This document shows positions 1-9,272 of a stretch of 64,000 nt of DNA, piece by piece; position 1 is the first letter of the stretch, and each line of letters begins with the position of its first letter. The position numbers and the translations under genes are program-made. Below the pieces are notes generated by a model. It made no database searches. It was not told the origin of the DNA and saw only the letters and a program-made list of their open reading frames with translations. Origin of the DNA: Escherichia phage vB_EcoM_SYGD1; the sequence record MW883059, one strand, 5' to 3'.

Positions 1-1035
1 ATTCCGGTTTTATTGGCAAAAGAATACGATAAAACACTTAAGCTGGTAAATGATTGTGATATTCTAGTTATCAATTCAGTTCCTGCTACTTCAGTTGAAG
101 AAGACACTATTAATAACTATAAAAAAATTATTGATAACATTAAACCTTCGGTTCGTGTTGTAGTTTATCAGCATGACCATTCTTCTCTTTCTTTGCGTCG
201 AAATTTGGGATTAGAAGAAACTGTTCGTCGAGCTGATGTTATTTTTAGCCATTCTGATAATGGTGATTTTAATAAAGTTTTAATGAAAGAATGGTATCCG
301 GAAACAGTTTCTCTGTTTGATGATATTGAAGAAGCACCGACTGTATATAACTTTCAGCCTCCCATGGATATTGCGAAGGTTCGATCAACCTACTGGAAAG
401 ATGTTTCTGAAATTAACATGAATATCAACCGTTGGATTGGTCGTACTACTACATGGAAAGGCTTTTATCAGATGTTTGATTTTCACGAAAAACATCTTAA
501 ACCTGCAGGACTAAGTACTATTATGGAAGGTCTGGAACGTTCTCCAGCGTTCATTCCTATTAAAGAAAAAGGAATTCCATACGAGTATTATCGTCTTCAT
601 CAAGTAGACCAAATTAAAATTGCTCCTAATTTGCCGACGCAAATTCTTGACCGTTATGTAAATAGCGAAATGCTTGAACGCATGAGTAAATCCGGATTTG
701 GTTATCAGCTGAGTAAATTAGATAAAAAATATCTACAACGTTCTTTAGAATATACTCATCTCGAGCTTGGTGCATGTGGAACAATTCCAGTATTTTGGAA
801 ATCTACTGGTGAAAATTTAAAATTCCGTGTTGATAATACTCCGTTAATTTCACATGATAGCGGTATCGTTTGGTTTGATGAAAATGACATGGAATCAACA
901 TTTGAACGTATTAAAGAACTGTCATCTGACCGAGCTCTTTATGACCGTGAACGTGAAAAAGCTTATGAATTTTTGTATCAGCATCAAGATTCAAGCTTCT
1001 GCTTTAAAGAACAGTTTGACATTATTACAAAATAA
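1..1035 (+). CDS. agt: DNA alpha-glucosyltransferase, 5'-truncated at window edge
   Basis: Frame-1 translation from nt 1 (IPVLLAKEYDKTLKLVNDCDIL...DSSFCFKEQFDIITK) matches my recollection of T4 alpha-gt almost residue for residue; the true start lies upstream of the window, the track start at 13 is an internal TTG. Confidence 0.9.
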   Translation: MPVLLAKEYDKTLKLVNDCDILVINSVPATSVEEDTINNYKKIIDNIKPSVRVVVYQHDHSSLSLRRNLGLEETVRRADVIFSHSDNGDFNKVLMKEWYPETVSLFDDIEEAPTVYNFQPPMDIAKVRSTYWKDVSEINMNINRWIGRTTTWKGFYQMFDFHEKHLKPAGLSTIMEGLERSPAFIPIKEKGIPYEYYRLHQVDQIKIAPNLPTQILDRYVNSEMLERMSKSGFGYQLSKLDKKYLQRSLEYTHLELGACGTIPVFWKSTGENLKFRVDNTPLISHDSGIVWFDENDMESTFERIKELSSDRALYDREREKAYEFLYQHQDSSFCFKEQFDIITK

Positions 1036-1051
1036 AGGGCTTCGGCCCTTT
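1034..1051 (+). terminator. intrinsic terminator hairpin (AAAGGGC-TTCG-GCCCTTT) after agt
   Basis: Perfect GC stem with UUCG tetraloop followed by T-rich tract, read directly. Confidence 0.6.
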
Positions 1052-1211
1052 AGCTTTATACGGAGTTTGATATAATGATATTTCTTGGATATGTGATACT
1101 TTTTCTCGCATTTTATCTATTCACTAGAGCATGTTGGATTGGGTTCTTTAGCACTCCAGATGGATTTATTTCAATAATTTTATTTTGCATTTCAATGACG
1201 GTTCTTGATAT

Positions 1212-2231
1212 ATGAAAATTTTAAATTTAGGTGATTGGCATTTAGGCGTTAAAGCTGATGATGAGTGGATTCAATCAATCCAGTTGGATGGAATTAAGCA
1301 AGCGATAGAATATTCTAAGAAAAACGGAATTACTACATGGATTCAATACGGTGATATTTTTGATGTGCGAAAAGCAATCACACATAAAACTATGGAGTTC
1401 GCCCGTGAAATAGTTCAAATGCTTGATGACGTTGGAATCACATTACATACTATTGTAGGAAATCACGATCTCCACTATAAAAATGTAATGCATCCAAATG
1501 CTTCTACTGAGCTTTTGGCTAAATATCCTAATGTTAAAGTATATGATAAGCCTACTACAGTAGATTTTGACGGATGTTTGATTGATTTAATTCCTTGGAT
1601 GTGCGAAGAAAATACTGGTGAAATTCTTGAACATATCAAAACTTCATCTGCTTCTTTTTGTGTCGGTCACTGGGAGCTGAATGGATTTTATTTTTATAAA
1701 GGAATGAAATCTCACGGTCTTGAACCTGATTTCCTTAAGACTTATAAAGAAGTGTGGTCTGGTCACTTCCATACTATCTCTGAGGCTGCTAACGTCAGAT
1801 ATATTGGGACACCATGGACACTAACTGCAGGTGACGAGAATGACCCTCGCGGGTTCTGGATGTTTGATACAGAAACAGAACGAATGGAATTTATTCCAAA
1901 CAACACTACTTGGCATCGTCGAATTCAATACCCATTTAAGGGAAAAATTGACTATAAAGATTTTACAAATCTATCAGTACGTGTTATAGTAACTGAGGTA
2001 GACAAAAATCTGACGAAGTTCGAATCTGAACTAGAAAAAGTTGTACATTCATTACGAGTTGTGTCAAAGATTGATAACTCTGTCGAGTCAGATGATAGTG
2101 AAGAAGTTGAAGTTCAATCTCTTCAGACATTGATGGAAGAATACATTAATGCAATTCCAGACATCACTGATTCTGATCGCGAAGCACTTATTCAATATGC
2201 AAATCAGTTATATGTAGAGGCAACACAATGA
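1212..2231 (+). CDS. 47: gp47 recombination endonuclease subunit (Mre11-like phosphoesterase)
   Basis: 339 aa; phosphoesterase motifs (LGDWHLG, GNHD, GHxH); position upstream of gp46 as in T4. Confidence 0.9.
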   Translation: MKILNLGDWHLGVKADDEWIQSIQLDGIKQAIEYSKKNGITTWIQYGDIFDVRKAITHKTMEFAREIVQMLDDVGITLHTIVGNHDLHYKNVMHPNASTELLAKYPNVKVYDKPTTVDFDGCLIDLIPWMCEENTGEILEHIKTSSASFCVGHWELNGFYFYKGMKSHGLEPDFLKTYKEVWSGHFHTISEAANVRYIGTPWTLTAGDENDPRGFWMFDTETERMEFIPNNTTWHRRIQYPFKGKIDYKDFTNLSVRVIVTEVDKNLTKFESELEKVVHSLRVVSKIDNSVESDDSEEVEVQSLQTLMEEYINAIPDITDSDREALIQYANQLYVEATQ

Positions 2232-2491
2232 CTTTTGATGAATTTAAAAATGATATGATGAGTCAGCATTTTGAATGCGAAGTAAAAGATGATATTGGTC
2301 ATAAAGAAATTATTGAATATTGGTTTGAACCACTAGAGGTTGAAGATAATTGTATTAAAAAGGTCACGGTCTGCACTGACTGGGCTGTATCTTTTAACTT
2401 CAACATTTTAGATAATGACACACCTAAATCATTACAAGATATGGCTGTATCTTGTATTAAGGATGCATACTGTGAAGTTTTCGACATTTGA
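2228..2491 (+). CDS. hypothetical small protein
   Basis: ORF start overlaps the gene 47 stop (ATGA); no recognisable motif. Confidence 0.4.
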   Translation: MTFDEFKNDMMSQHFECEVKDDIGHKEIIEYWFEPLEVEDNCIKKVTVCTDWAVSFNFNILDNDTPKSLQDMAVSCIKDAYCEVFDI

Positions 2492-2678
2492 CATTAACGA
2501 TGAATTCATAGCAAATATTGATTACGCCGAAGAAGATTCTAGATATGTTGGAATAATTTATATCACATCAAAAGCAGCACAAGGTGTTGTTTGCATGGCT
2601 GAATTTGATGAATACTTTTTAGATTATGATGATATGATAGAATGGTCTAAAAGATACATTAAAAGGAATCTTTTGTGA
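2415..2678 (+). CDS. hypothetical small protein (start uncertain, overlaps previous ORF in another frame)
   Basis: ORF only; could also be the second half of a frameshifted gene. Confidence 0.3.
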   Translation: MTHLNHYKIWLYLVLRMHTVKFSTFDINDEFIANIDYAEEDSRYVGIIYITSKAAQGVVCMAEFDEYFLDYDDMIEWSKRYIKRNLL

Positions 2679-3529
2679 AGAATTTTAAACTTGATATTAA
2701 TAATGAATTTTTAATAAAAGAATTAGTTGAAAAATTAGCGTTGAGTGAAGAAGACGCCAAGTTTTACATTAATTTTATTTCTATGAATTCAACTGTTAAA
2801 ACTCTAGGTAAAACGGAAGCACATCACGTGCTTCCTAAATCAATATTTCCTGAATATTTAAAATCTACATGGAATTTAGTTAATTTAAGTCATTTTAATC
2901 ATTTCAAAGCACATTTCTTATTAGCAAAAGGTAAAAATGGAAAAATGCTAAATGCTTTAAATAGAATGATGTCAGGAAAAACATATAAAAATTTATCTTT
3001 AGCCGAAGTTGATTTAATAGCTGCTGAATATAGTTTTATAAAACAAGATGTAAGTGACATAATATCAAAAAGGCTTCAACAGTATTATTCAAATCCGCAA
3101 AATAGAAATGCTGCTAGAGAAAGGGCATTAAAATATTTTTCAGTAGCAAAAAATAGAAAAGATAACAAAGAAAGATTAAATAATTTTAAAACAAAACAAA
3201 AAATTTCAATGGCTTCAAGGGAATGGTTTAATAACGAAGAAAATAAAATTAAACACCAAAGGGCTGTTCGCGCTGCTTTATCAAAACCTGAATATAAAAT
3301 AGCTATATCAAATTCAGTAGCTGCTAGTTGGAAAAATCCGGAGATTAGAAAAGCTCATATAGCATCTCGACGAAAAGGCTATCATTGGGATAATAAAGAT
3401 AAATTGTATGAATTGTGGATATCATATAATCGTCCTAAACATGTGATGTTTAGGAAAATGCTAGTTAAGAATGGATATCCAATAGAGGCTTCATTACAGG
3501 CTTTAGTTAAAGAATTTTCTTCATTGTGA
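2675..3529 (+). CDS. HNH-family homing endonuclease-like protein (Mob-like) inserted between genes 47 and 46
   Basis: 284 aa, basic and Lys/Asn-rich; EAHHVLPKS ... NLVNLSHFNHFKAH resembles the HNH core (HH ... N ... H); GTG start overlaps the upstream stop. Confidence 0.55.
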   Translation: MKNFKLDINNEFLIKELVEKLALSEEDAKFYINFISMNSTVKTLGKTEAHHVLPKSIFPEYLKSTWNLVNLSHFNHFKAHFLLAKGKNGKMLNALNRMMSGKTYKNLSLAEVDLIAAEYSFIKQDVSDIISKRLQQYYSNPQNRNAARERALKYFSVAKNRKDNKERLNNFKTKQKISMASREWFNNEENKIKHQRAVRAALSKPEYKIAISNSVAASWKNPEIRKAHIASRRKGYHWDNKDKLYELWISYNRPKHVMFRKMLVKNGYPIEASLQALVKEFSSL

Positions 3530-3544
3530 ACAATTGGATACAGA

Positions 3545-5233
3545 ATGAAATCATTTAAACTTAATAGAGTAAAATATAAAAATATAATGTCAGTTGGTCA
3601 AAATGGAGTTGACATTCAACTAGATAAGGTTCAAAAAACTCTTATTACTGGACGAAATGGCGGTGGTAAGTCTACTATGTTAGAAGCCATCACATTTGGG
3701 CTTTTCGGCAAGCCATTCCGTGATGTAAAGAAAGGTCAATTAATAAACAGCACAAATAAGAAAGAACTTTTAGTTGAACTGTGGATGGAATATGATGAGA
3801 AAAAGTACTATATCAAAAGAGGACAAAAACCAAACGTTTTCGAAATCACCGTTAACGGTACACGTCTTAATGAATCTGCCAGCAGTAAAGATTTCCAAGC
3901 AGAATTTGAACAGCTTATCGGAATGTCATATGCCAGTTTCAAGCAGATTGTTGTCCTTGGTACAGCAGGGTATACCCCTTTCATGGGTTTGTCGACCCCT
4001 GCGCGAAGAAAGCTTGTGGAAGACCTGCTTGAGGTAGGAACATTAGCTGAAATGGATAAGCTTAATAAAGCACTAATACGTGAATTAAATTCACAAAACC
4101 AAGTACTTGATGTTAAAAAAGATAGTATTATCCAACAAATTAAAATATATAATGATAACGTTGAACGCCAGAAAAAATTAACTGGTGATAACCTTACTCG
4201 TCTGCAGAATATGTATGACGATTTGGCAAAGGAAGCTAGAACGCTAAAATCGGAAATAGAAGAAGCTAATGAAAGATTAGTTAATATTGTTTTGGATGAA
4301 GACCCGACTGATGCATTTAATAAAATCGGTCAAGAAGCAGTTTTAATTAAATCAAAAATTGACTCGTATAATAAAGTCATTAATATGTATCACGAAGGTG
4401 GATTATGTCCAACCTGTTTGTCACAATTAAGTTCCGGTGATAAAGTTGTTTCTAAAATTAAAGATAAAGTTTCTGAATGCACGCATTCGTTTGAACAGCT
4501 TTCAACACATCGTGATAATTTAAAAGTTCTTGTTGATGAATACCGAGATAATATTAAAACCCAGCAGACGTTGGCAAATGATATTCGCAATAAAAAGCAA
4601 TCTCTAATCACGACGGTAGATAAAGCTAAAAAAGTTAAAGCAGCTATAGAAAAAGCATCATCTGAGTTTATTGACCATGCTGATGAAATAGCACTGCTTC
4701 AAGAAGAACTTGATAAAATTGTTAAGACAAAAACTAATTTAGTAATGGAAAAATACCACAGAGGAATTTTGACTGATATGCTCAAAGATTCTGGTATTAA
4801 AGGTGCTATTATTAAAAAGTACATTCCATTATTTAATAAGCAGATTAACCATTATCTTAAAATAATGGAAGCGGATTATGTGTTTACATTAGATGAAGAA
4901 TTTAATGAGACAATTAAATCCCGTGGTCGTGAAGATTTTAGTTATGCTTCATTTAGTCAAGGTGAAAAAGCACGAATTGATATTGCTCTTTTATTTACTT
5001 GGCGTGATATTGCTGAAAAAGTTTCAGGTGTTAAAATAAGTTGTTTATTTCTTGATGAAGTGTATGACGGTGCATTTGATGCTGAAGGTATTAAAAATGT
5101 GGCTAAAATTTTAGATGGTTTGAAGGATACCAACTTCTTCATAATTTCGCATAAAGACCATGACCCACAGGAATATGGTCAGCACATTCAAATGGAAAAA
5201 GTTGGTAGATTTAGTTTAGCTAAGATTAGCTAG
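3545..5233 (+). CDS. 46: gp46 recombination endonuclease ATPase subunit (Rad50/SbcC-like)
   Basis: 562 aa; Walker A GRNGGGKST near the N-terminus, long coiled-coil middle with CPTC zinc hook, Walker B/D-loop LFLDEVYDGAFD near the C-terminus. Confidence 0.9.
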   Translation: MKSFKLNRVKYKNIMSVGQNGVDIQLDKVQKTLITGRNGGGKSTMLEAITFGLFGKPFRDVKKGQLINSTNKKELLVELWMEYDEKKYYIKRGQKPNVFEITVNGTRLNESASSKDFQAEFEQLIGMSYASFKQIVVLGTAGYTPFMGLSTPARRKLVEDLLEVGTLAEMDKLNKALIRELNSQNQVLDVKKDSIIQQIKIYNDNVERQKKLTGDNLTRLQNMYDDLAKEARTLKSEIEEANERLVNIVLDEDPTDAFNKIGQEAVLIKSKIDSYNKVINMYHEGGLCPTCLSQLSSGDKVVSKIKDKVSECTHSFEQLSTHRDNLKVLVDEYRDNIKTQQTLANDIRNKKQSLITTVDKAKKVKAAIEKASSEFIDHADEIALLQEELDKIVKTKTNLVMEKYHRGILTDMLKDSGIKGAIIKKYIPLFNKQINHYLKIMEADYVFTLDEEFNETIKSRGREDFSYASFSQGEKARIDIALLFTWRDIAEKVSGVKISCLFLDEVYDGAFDAEGIKNVAKILDGLKDTNFFIISHKDHDPQEYGQHIQMEKVGRFSLAKIS

Positions 5234-5942
5234 GTTTATATTTACAATTATCATTATGCCATCTTGATAAATTTCCGAAAGTGGTAACTTTACCACAATG
5301 GACGCAAGTACCAGTCTTTTCAGTTTTCTTGCGTCCATTTGGATTTTTCTTGCAGAAATTTCTATGCGCTGCGATAACGCATTTCTTGCCTATCATTCCG
5401 CAGAATTCGCAGGATGTTTCTTCAAGAACGATTGCTTTAAGCCCGTTTGAGATATTATTTCTGTGTTCTTTAGACATTGGCGGTCTAACTTTAGGATTGG
5501 GGTGATTTGGGCAGTTATCAAAATGCCATCGATTCATATTCCCGCTTAATCCAGACTTACCGCAATGTGGACAAGTTAGTCTTGCTTTATTAGCTACTGC
5601 ATCGGACATTTTCTTTCGTGTCTCTTGGGAGAACTCTTTATTCTTTTCTATTTCCCAGAGTTTACGACGAATCCAGCCGAAAGTTTTATTGTTACGTTTA
5701 GCGTATTTCGTAGAAACTGTCATCATGTTAGCAGCATAGACTAATTTTGGTTCAGAAGGATAAATTTTTACTAAAAGTTGATGAGCTACATAGTGCTCTT
5801 CTGGTGTTAAATCTACTAAGTTTGAAGCATCATCGCTGCCATTTAAACAGCGTGGTATAATGTGATGAGATTCAGTATAGCAATCAAGTTTTCGAGATTT
5901 AGCATTAGAGATTAACTTTTCATAAATTAGTTTATAATTCAT
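5226..5942 (-). CDS. HNH homing endonuclease with three C-terminal zinc-finger repeats, antisense to flanking early genes
   Basis: 238 aa; N-terminal HNH core YTESHHIIPRCLNGSDDASNLVDLTPEEHYVAH; three repeats of CxxCG...(R/N)WHxDNC; 3' end overlaps the gene 46 stop by 8 nt on the opposite strand. Confidence 0.75.
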   Translation of the reverse strand: MNYKLIYEKLISNAKSRKLDCYTESHHIIPRCLNGSDDASNLVDLTPEEHYVAHQLLVKIYPSEPKLVYAANMMTVSTKYAKRNNKTFGWIRRKLWEIEKNKEFSQETRKKMSDAVANKARLTCPHCGKSGLSGNMNRWHFDNCPNHPNPKVRPPMSKEHRNNISNGLKAIVLEETSCEFCGMIGKKCVIAAHRNFCKKNPNGRKKTEKTGTCVHCGKVTTFGNLSRWHNDNCKYKPS

Positions 5943-5993
5943 AACATATCCTTTTGATACAGCGAGTGATAAACATATTTATACGGAGGAACT

Positions 5994-6185
5994 GTGGCAG
6001 AATATTCAACTGGACAGCATCTATTAACTATTCCTGAAATAAAACGATATATTCTGAGAAATAATTTTTCTAATGAAGAGCATATAGTTACTGAATCTAT
6101 GCTTAAGAATGCATTTAAATCAGAATATACGAAAATAATGTCCAACAGGAATGAAGCTTGGACTGTTACTGATTATTATGACTAA
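5994..6185 (+). CDS. hypothetical small protein (T4 45.2 position)
   Basis: 63-aa ORF upstream of rpbA; position only. Confidence 0.35.
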   Translation: MAEYSTGQHLLTIPEIKRYILRNNFSNEEHIVTESMLKNAFKSEYTKIMSNRNEAWTVTDYYD

Positions 6186-6194
6186 AGGTGTATT

Positions 6195-6584
6195 ATGACT
6201 AAAATTACTGTGAATTATACTGTTGATGTAAAAGATATTCAGCCAAAACACGTGCGTTCTGAATCAAATCCACAAAACCAAAATAAAATTCGTCGAGCAT
6301 GGGTTTTGTCTCTTTCTAATAACGCAATGGAAGTTATTCAGAACAAAATTAAATCTGCACCTGCTCGTCATGCGTATTATGAAGCTATCGATCGTGAAGT
6401 GAGTGATAAATGGATTGAACTGATGCGCAAACATACGGCAGAATCTCTAAACGCTGGTGCCAAATTTATTATGACTTCATGCGGTGAACGCCTTGAAGAT
6501 GATTATTGCGGTAATGCAGATGAACGTCTAATTGTTGCTGCTCAAATTGTTGCGGAAACAATTGCTGCTGATTTTAATCGTTAA
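6195..6584 (+). CDS. rpbA: RNA polymerase-binding protein RpbA
   Basis: 129 aa, matching the T4 RpbA size; located immediately upstream of gene 45. Confidence 0.65.
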   Translation: MTKITVNYTVDVKDIQPKHVRSESNPQNQNKIRRAWVLSLSNNAMEVIQNKIKSAPARHAYYEAIDREVSDKWIELMRKHTAESLNAGAKFIMTSCGERLEDDYCGNADERLIVAAQIVAETIAADFNR

Positions 6585-6639
6585 TTGCTTTATTAAATTA
6601 GTTATAAAATTAAATCTCATTTGAATTGAAGGAAATTAC

Positions 6640-7326
6640 ATGAAACTGTCTAAAGATACTACTGCTCTGCTCAAAAATTTCGCTACTATTAACTCTGGTA
6701 TTATGCTTAAATCCGGTCAATTTATTATGACTCGCGCGGTTAATGGTACAACTTATGCAGAAGCAAATATTTCTGACACTATTGATTTTGATGTAGCGAT
6801 TTACGATTTGAACGGTTTTCTTGGTATTCTGTCTCTCGTTAATGATGATGCAGAAATTTCCCAGTCAGAAGATGGTAATATTAAAATTGCTGACGCCCGT
6901 TCAACAATTTTTTGGCCAGCAGCTGATCCGAGTACAGTAGTTGCTCCTAATAAACCAATTCCATTCCCGGTAGCATCTGTTGTTACTGAAATTAAAGCTG
7001 AAGACCTTCAACAGCTGTTGCGTGTATCTCGCGGTCTGCAGATTGATACAATTGCTATCACAGTAAAAGAAGGTAAAATTGTAATTAACGGTTTTAACAA
7101 AGTAGAAGATTCTGCTTTGACCCGTGTTAAATATTCTTTGACTCTTGGTGATTATGATGGTGAAAATACATTTAATTTCATTATCAATATGGCAAATATG
7201 AAAATGCAACCAGGAAATTATAAACTTCTGCTTTGGGCAAAAGGTAAACAAGGCGCTGCTAAATTTGAAGGTGAACACGCGAATTATGTAGTAGCTCTTG
7301 AAGCTGATTCTACCCACGACTTTTAA
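6640..7326 (+). CDS. 45: gp45 sliding clamp
   Basis: 228 aa; N-terminus MKLSKDTTALLKNFATINSGIMLKSGQ matches my recollection of T4 gp45. Confidence 0.9.
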   Translation: MKLSKDTTALLKNFATINSGIMLKSGQFIMTRAVNGTTYAEANISDTIDFDVAIYDLNGFLGILSLVNDDAEISQSEDGNIKIADARSTIFWPAADPSTVVAPNKPIPFPVASVVTEIKAEDLQQLLRVSRGLQIDTIAITVKEGKIVINGFNKVEDSALTRVKYSLTLGDYDGENTFNFIINMANMKMQPGNYKLLLWAKGKQGAAKFEGEHANYVVALEADSTHDF

Positions 7327-7327
7327 T

Positions 7328-7345
7328 AAAGGGCTTCGGCCCTTT
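7328..7345 (+). terminator. intrinsic terminator hairpin (AAAGGGC-TTCG-GCCCTTT)
   Basis: Same UUCG-tetraloop hairpin as at 1034, followed by T-rich tract, after gene 45. Confidence 0.55.
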
Positions 7346-7362
7346 ATAATTTACACTAAAAC

Positions 7363-8337
7363 TTGAATGAGGAAATTATGATTACTGTAAATGAAAAAGA
7401 ACACATTCTTGAACAGAAATATCGTCCATCTACTATCGATGAATGTATTCTTCCCGCCTTTGATAAAGAAACCTTTAAATCTATTACAAGTAAAGGTAAG
7501 ATTCCACATATTATTCTTCATTCTCCTTCTCCAGGAACAGGTAAAACAACCGTAGCAAAAGCATTGTGTCATGATGTAAATGCTGATATGATGTTTGTGA
7601 ATGGGTCAGATTGTAAAATTGATTTCGTTCGCGGTCCTTTGACTAATTTTGCTAGTGCAGCTTCATTTGATGGTCGTCAAAAAGTAATCGTTATTGATGA
7701 ATTTGACCGTTCAGGGTTAGCAGAGTCTCAGCGACATCTTCGTTCCTTTATGGAAGCTTATAGTTCAAACTGTAGTATTATTATTACTGCTAACAATATT
7801 GATGGTATTATTAAACCACTTCAGTCACGCTGCCGAGTTATTACGTTCGGTCAACCGACCGATGAAGATAAAATTGAAATGATGAAGCAGATGATTCGTC
7901 GATTGACTGAAATCTGTAAGCATGAAGGAATTGCTATAGCTGATATGAAAGTTGTAGCAGCTTTGGTTAAAAAGAATTTTCCTGATTTTCGTAAAACTAT
8001 CGGCGAGCTCGATAGTTATTCATCTAAAGGTGTTTTGGATGCTGGTATTTTATCACTGGTTACTAACGATCGTGGTGCTATTGATGATGTTCTTGAATCT
8101 CTCAAAAATAAAGATGTTAAACAGCTCAGAGCTTTAGCACCAAAATATGCAGCTGATTATTCGTGGTTCGTAGGTAAACTTGCCGAAGAAATTTATACAC
8201 GCGTAACTCCGCAAAGTATTATTCGTATGTATGAAATTGTTGGTGAAAATAACCAGTATCATGGAATTGCGGCTAATACGGAATTACATTTAGCATATCT
8301 TTTCATTCAATTGGCATGCGAAATGCAGTGGAAGTGA
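7363..8337 (+). CDS. 44: gp44 clamp-loader large subunit (AAA+ ATPase)
   Basis: 324 aa; Walker [11 protein letters not shown], Walker [12 protein letters not shown] motif (LQSRCRVI). Confidence 0.9.
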   Translation: MNEEIMITVNEKEHILEQKYRPSTIDECILPAFDKETFKSITSKGKIPHIILHSPSPGTGKTTVAKALCHDVNADMMFVNGSDCKIDFVRGPLTNFASAASFDGRQKVIVIDEFDRSGLAESQRHLRSFMEAYSSNCSIIITANNIDGIIKPLQSRCRVITFGQPTDEDKIEMMKQMIRRLTEICKHEGIAIADMKVVAALVKKNFPDFRKTIGELDSYSSKGVLDAGILSLVTNDRGAIDDVLESLKNKDVKQLRALAPKYAADYSWFVGKLAEEIYTRVTPQSIIRMYEIVGENNQYHGIAANTELHLAYLFIQLACEMQWK

Positions 8338-8338
8338 T

Positions 8339-8824
8339 ATGAGCTTATTTGAAGATGATATTCAATTAAACGAGCATCAAGTTGCTTGGTATTCAAAAGA
8401 TTGGACAGCTGTCCAATCTGCTGCTGATTCTTTTAAGGAAAAAGCTGAAAATGAATTTTTTGAAATAATTGGAGCTATTAATAATAAAACTAAATGCTCT
8501 ATTGCTCAAAAAGATTATTCAAAATACATGGTTGAGAATGCATTATCACAATTTCCTGAATGCATGCCAGCTGTATATGCTATGAATTTAATTGGATCAG
8601 GTTTAAGCGATGAAGCCGAAGTATTGATTATTAAGTTACTTGCTAAGCGGTATCAAGTTAATACAAATGATGCAATTAACTATAAATCAATTCTTACTAA
8701 AAATGGAAAACTTCCTTTAGTATTAAAAGAACTAAAAGGTTTAGTCACGGATGATTTTTTGAAAGAAGTGACTAAGAACGTAAAAGAACAGAAACAACTT
8801 AAAAAACTAGCATTGGAATGGTAA
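8339..8824 (+). CDS. 62: gp62 clamp-loader small subunit
   Basis: 161-aa ORF with start overlapping the gene 44 stop (TGATATG); position between 44 and regA. Confidence 0.65.
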   Translation: MSLFEDDIQLNEHQVAWYSKDWTAVQSAADSFKEKAENEFFEIIGAINNKTKCSIAQKDYSKYMVENALSQFPECMPAVYAMNLIGSGLSDEAEVLIIKLLAKRYQVNTNDAINYKSILTKNGKLPLVLKELKGLVTDDFLKEVTKNVKEQKQLKKLALEW

Positions 8825-8825
8825 A

Positions 8826-9194
8826 ATGATTGAAATTACTCTTAAAAAACCTGAAGATTTTCTGAAAGTAAAAGAAACTTTGACTCGTATGGGAATTGCT
8901 AATAATAAAGATAAAGTTCTGTATCAGTCCTGTCATATTCTTCAGAAAAAAGGACTATACTATATCGTTCATTTTAAAGAAATGCTTCGTATGGATGGCC
9001 GTCAGGTTGAAATGACAGAAGAAGATGAAGTTCGTCGTGATTCGATTGCATGGCTGTTAGAAGATTGGGGACTGATTGAAATCGTTCCTGGTCAAAGAAC
9101 TTTTATGAAAGATTTAACCAATAACTTCCGAGTTATTTCTTTTAAACAAAAACATGAATGGAAACTCGTTCCTAAATATACGATTGGCAATTAA
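8826..9194 (+). CDS. regA: RegA translational repressor
   Basis: 122 aa as in T4 RegA; located directly upstream of gene 43. Confidence 0.8.
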   Translation: MIEITLKKPEDFLKVKETLTRMGIANNKDKVLYQSCHILQKKGLYYIVHFKEMLRMDGRQVEMTEEDEVRRDSIAWLLEDWGLIEIVPGQRTFMKDLTNNFRVISFKQKHEWKLVPKYTIGN

Positions 9195-9196
9195 GC

Positions 9197-9214
9197 AAGG
9201 GGCTTCGGCCCCTT
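9197..9214 (+). terminator. intrinsic terminator hairpin (AAGGGGC-TTCG-GCCCCTT)
   Basis: GC stem with UUCG loop followed by ATTT, after regA. Confidence 0.55.
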
Positions 9215-9272
9215 ATTTGGAGTATAATATATCAAGAGCCTAATAACTCGGGCTATAAACTAAGGAATATCT

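Noticed and set aside
854-1075. 73-aa plus-strand ORF overlapping the 3' end of alpha-gt in another frame
   Set aside because: Lies within alpha-gt and runs through the terminator hairpin; no independent start signals.
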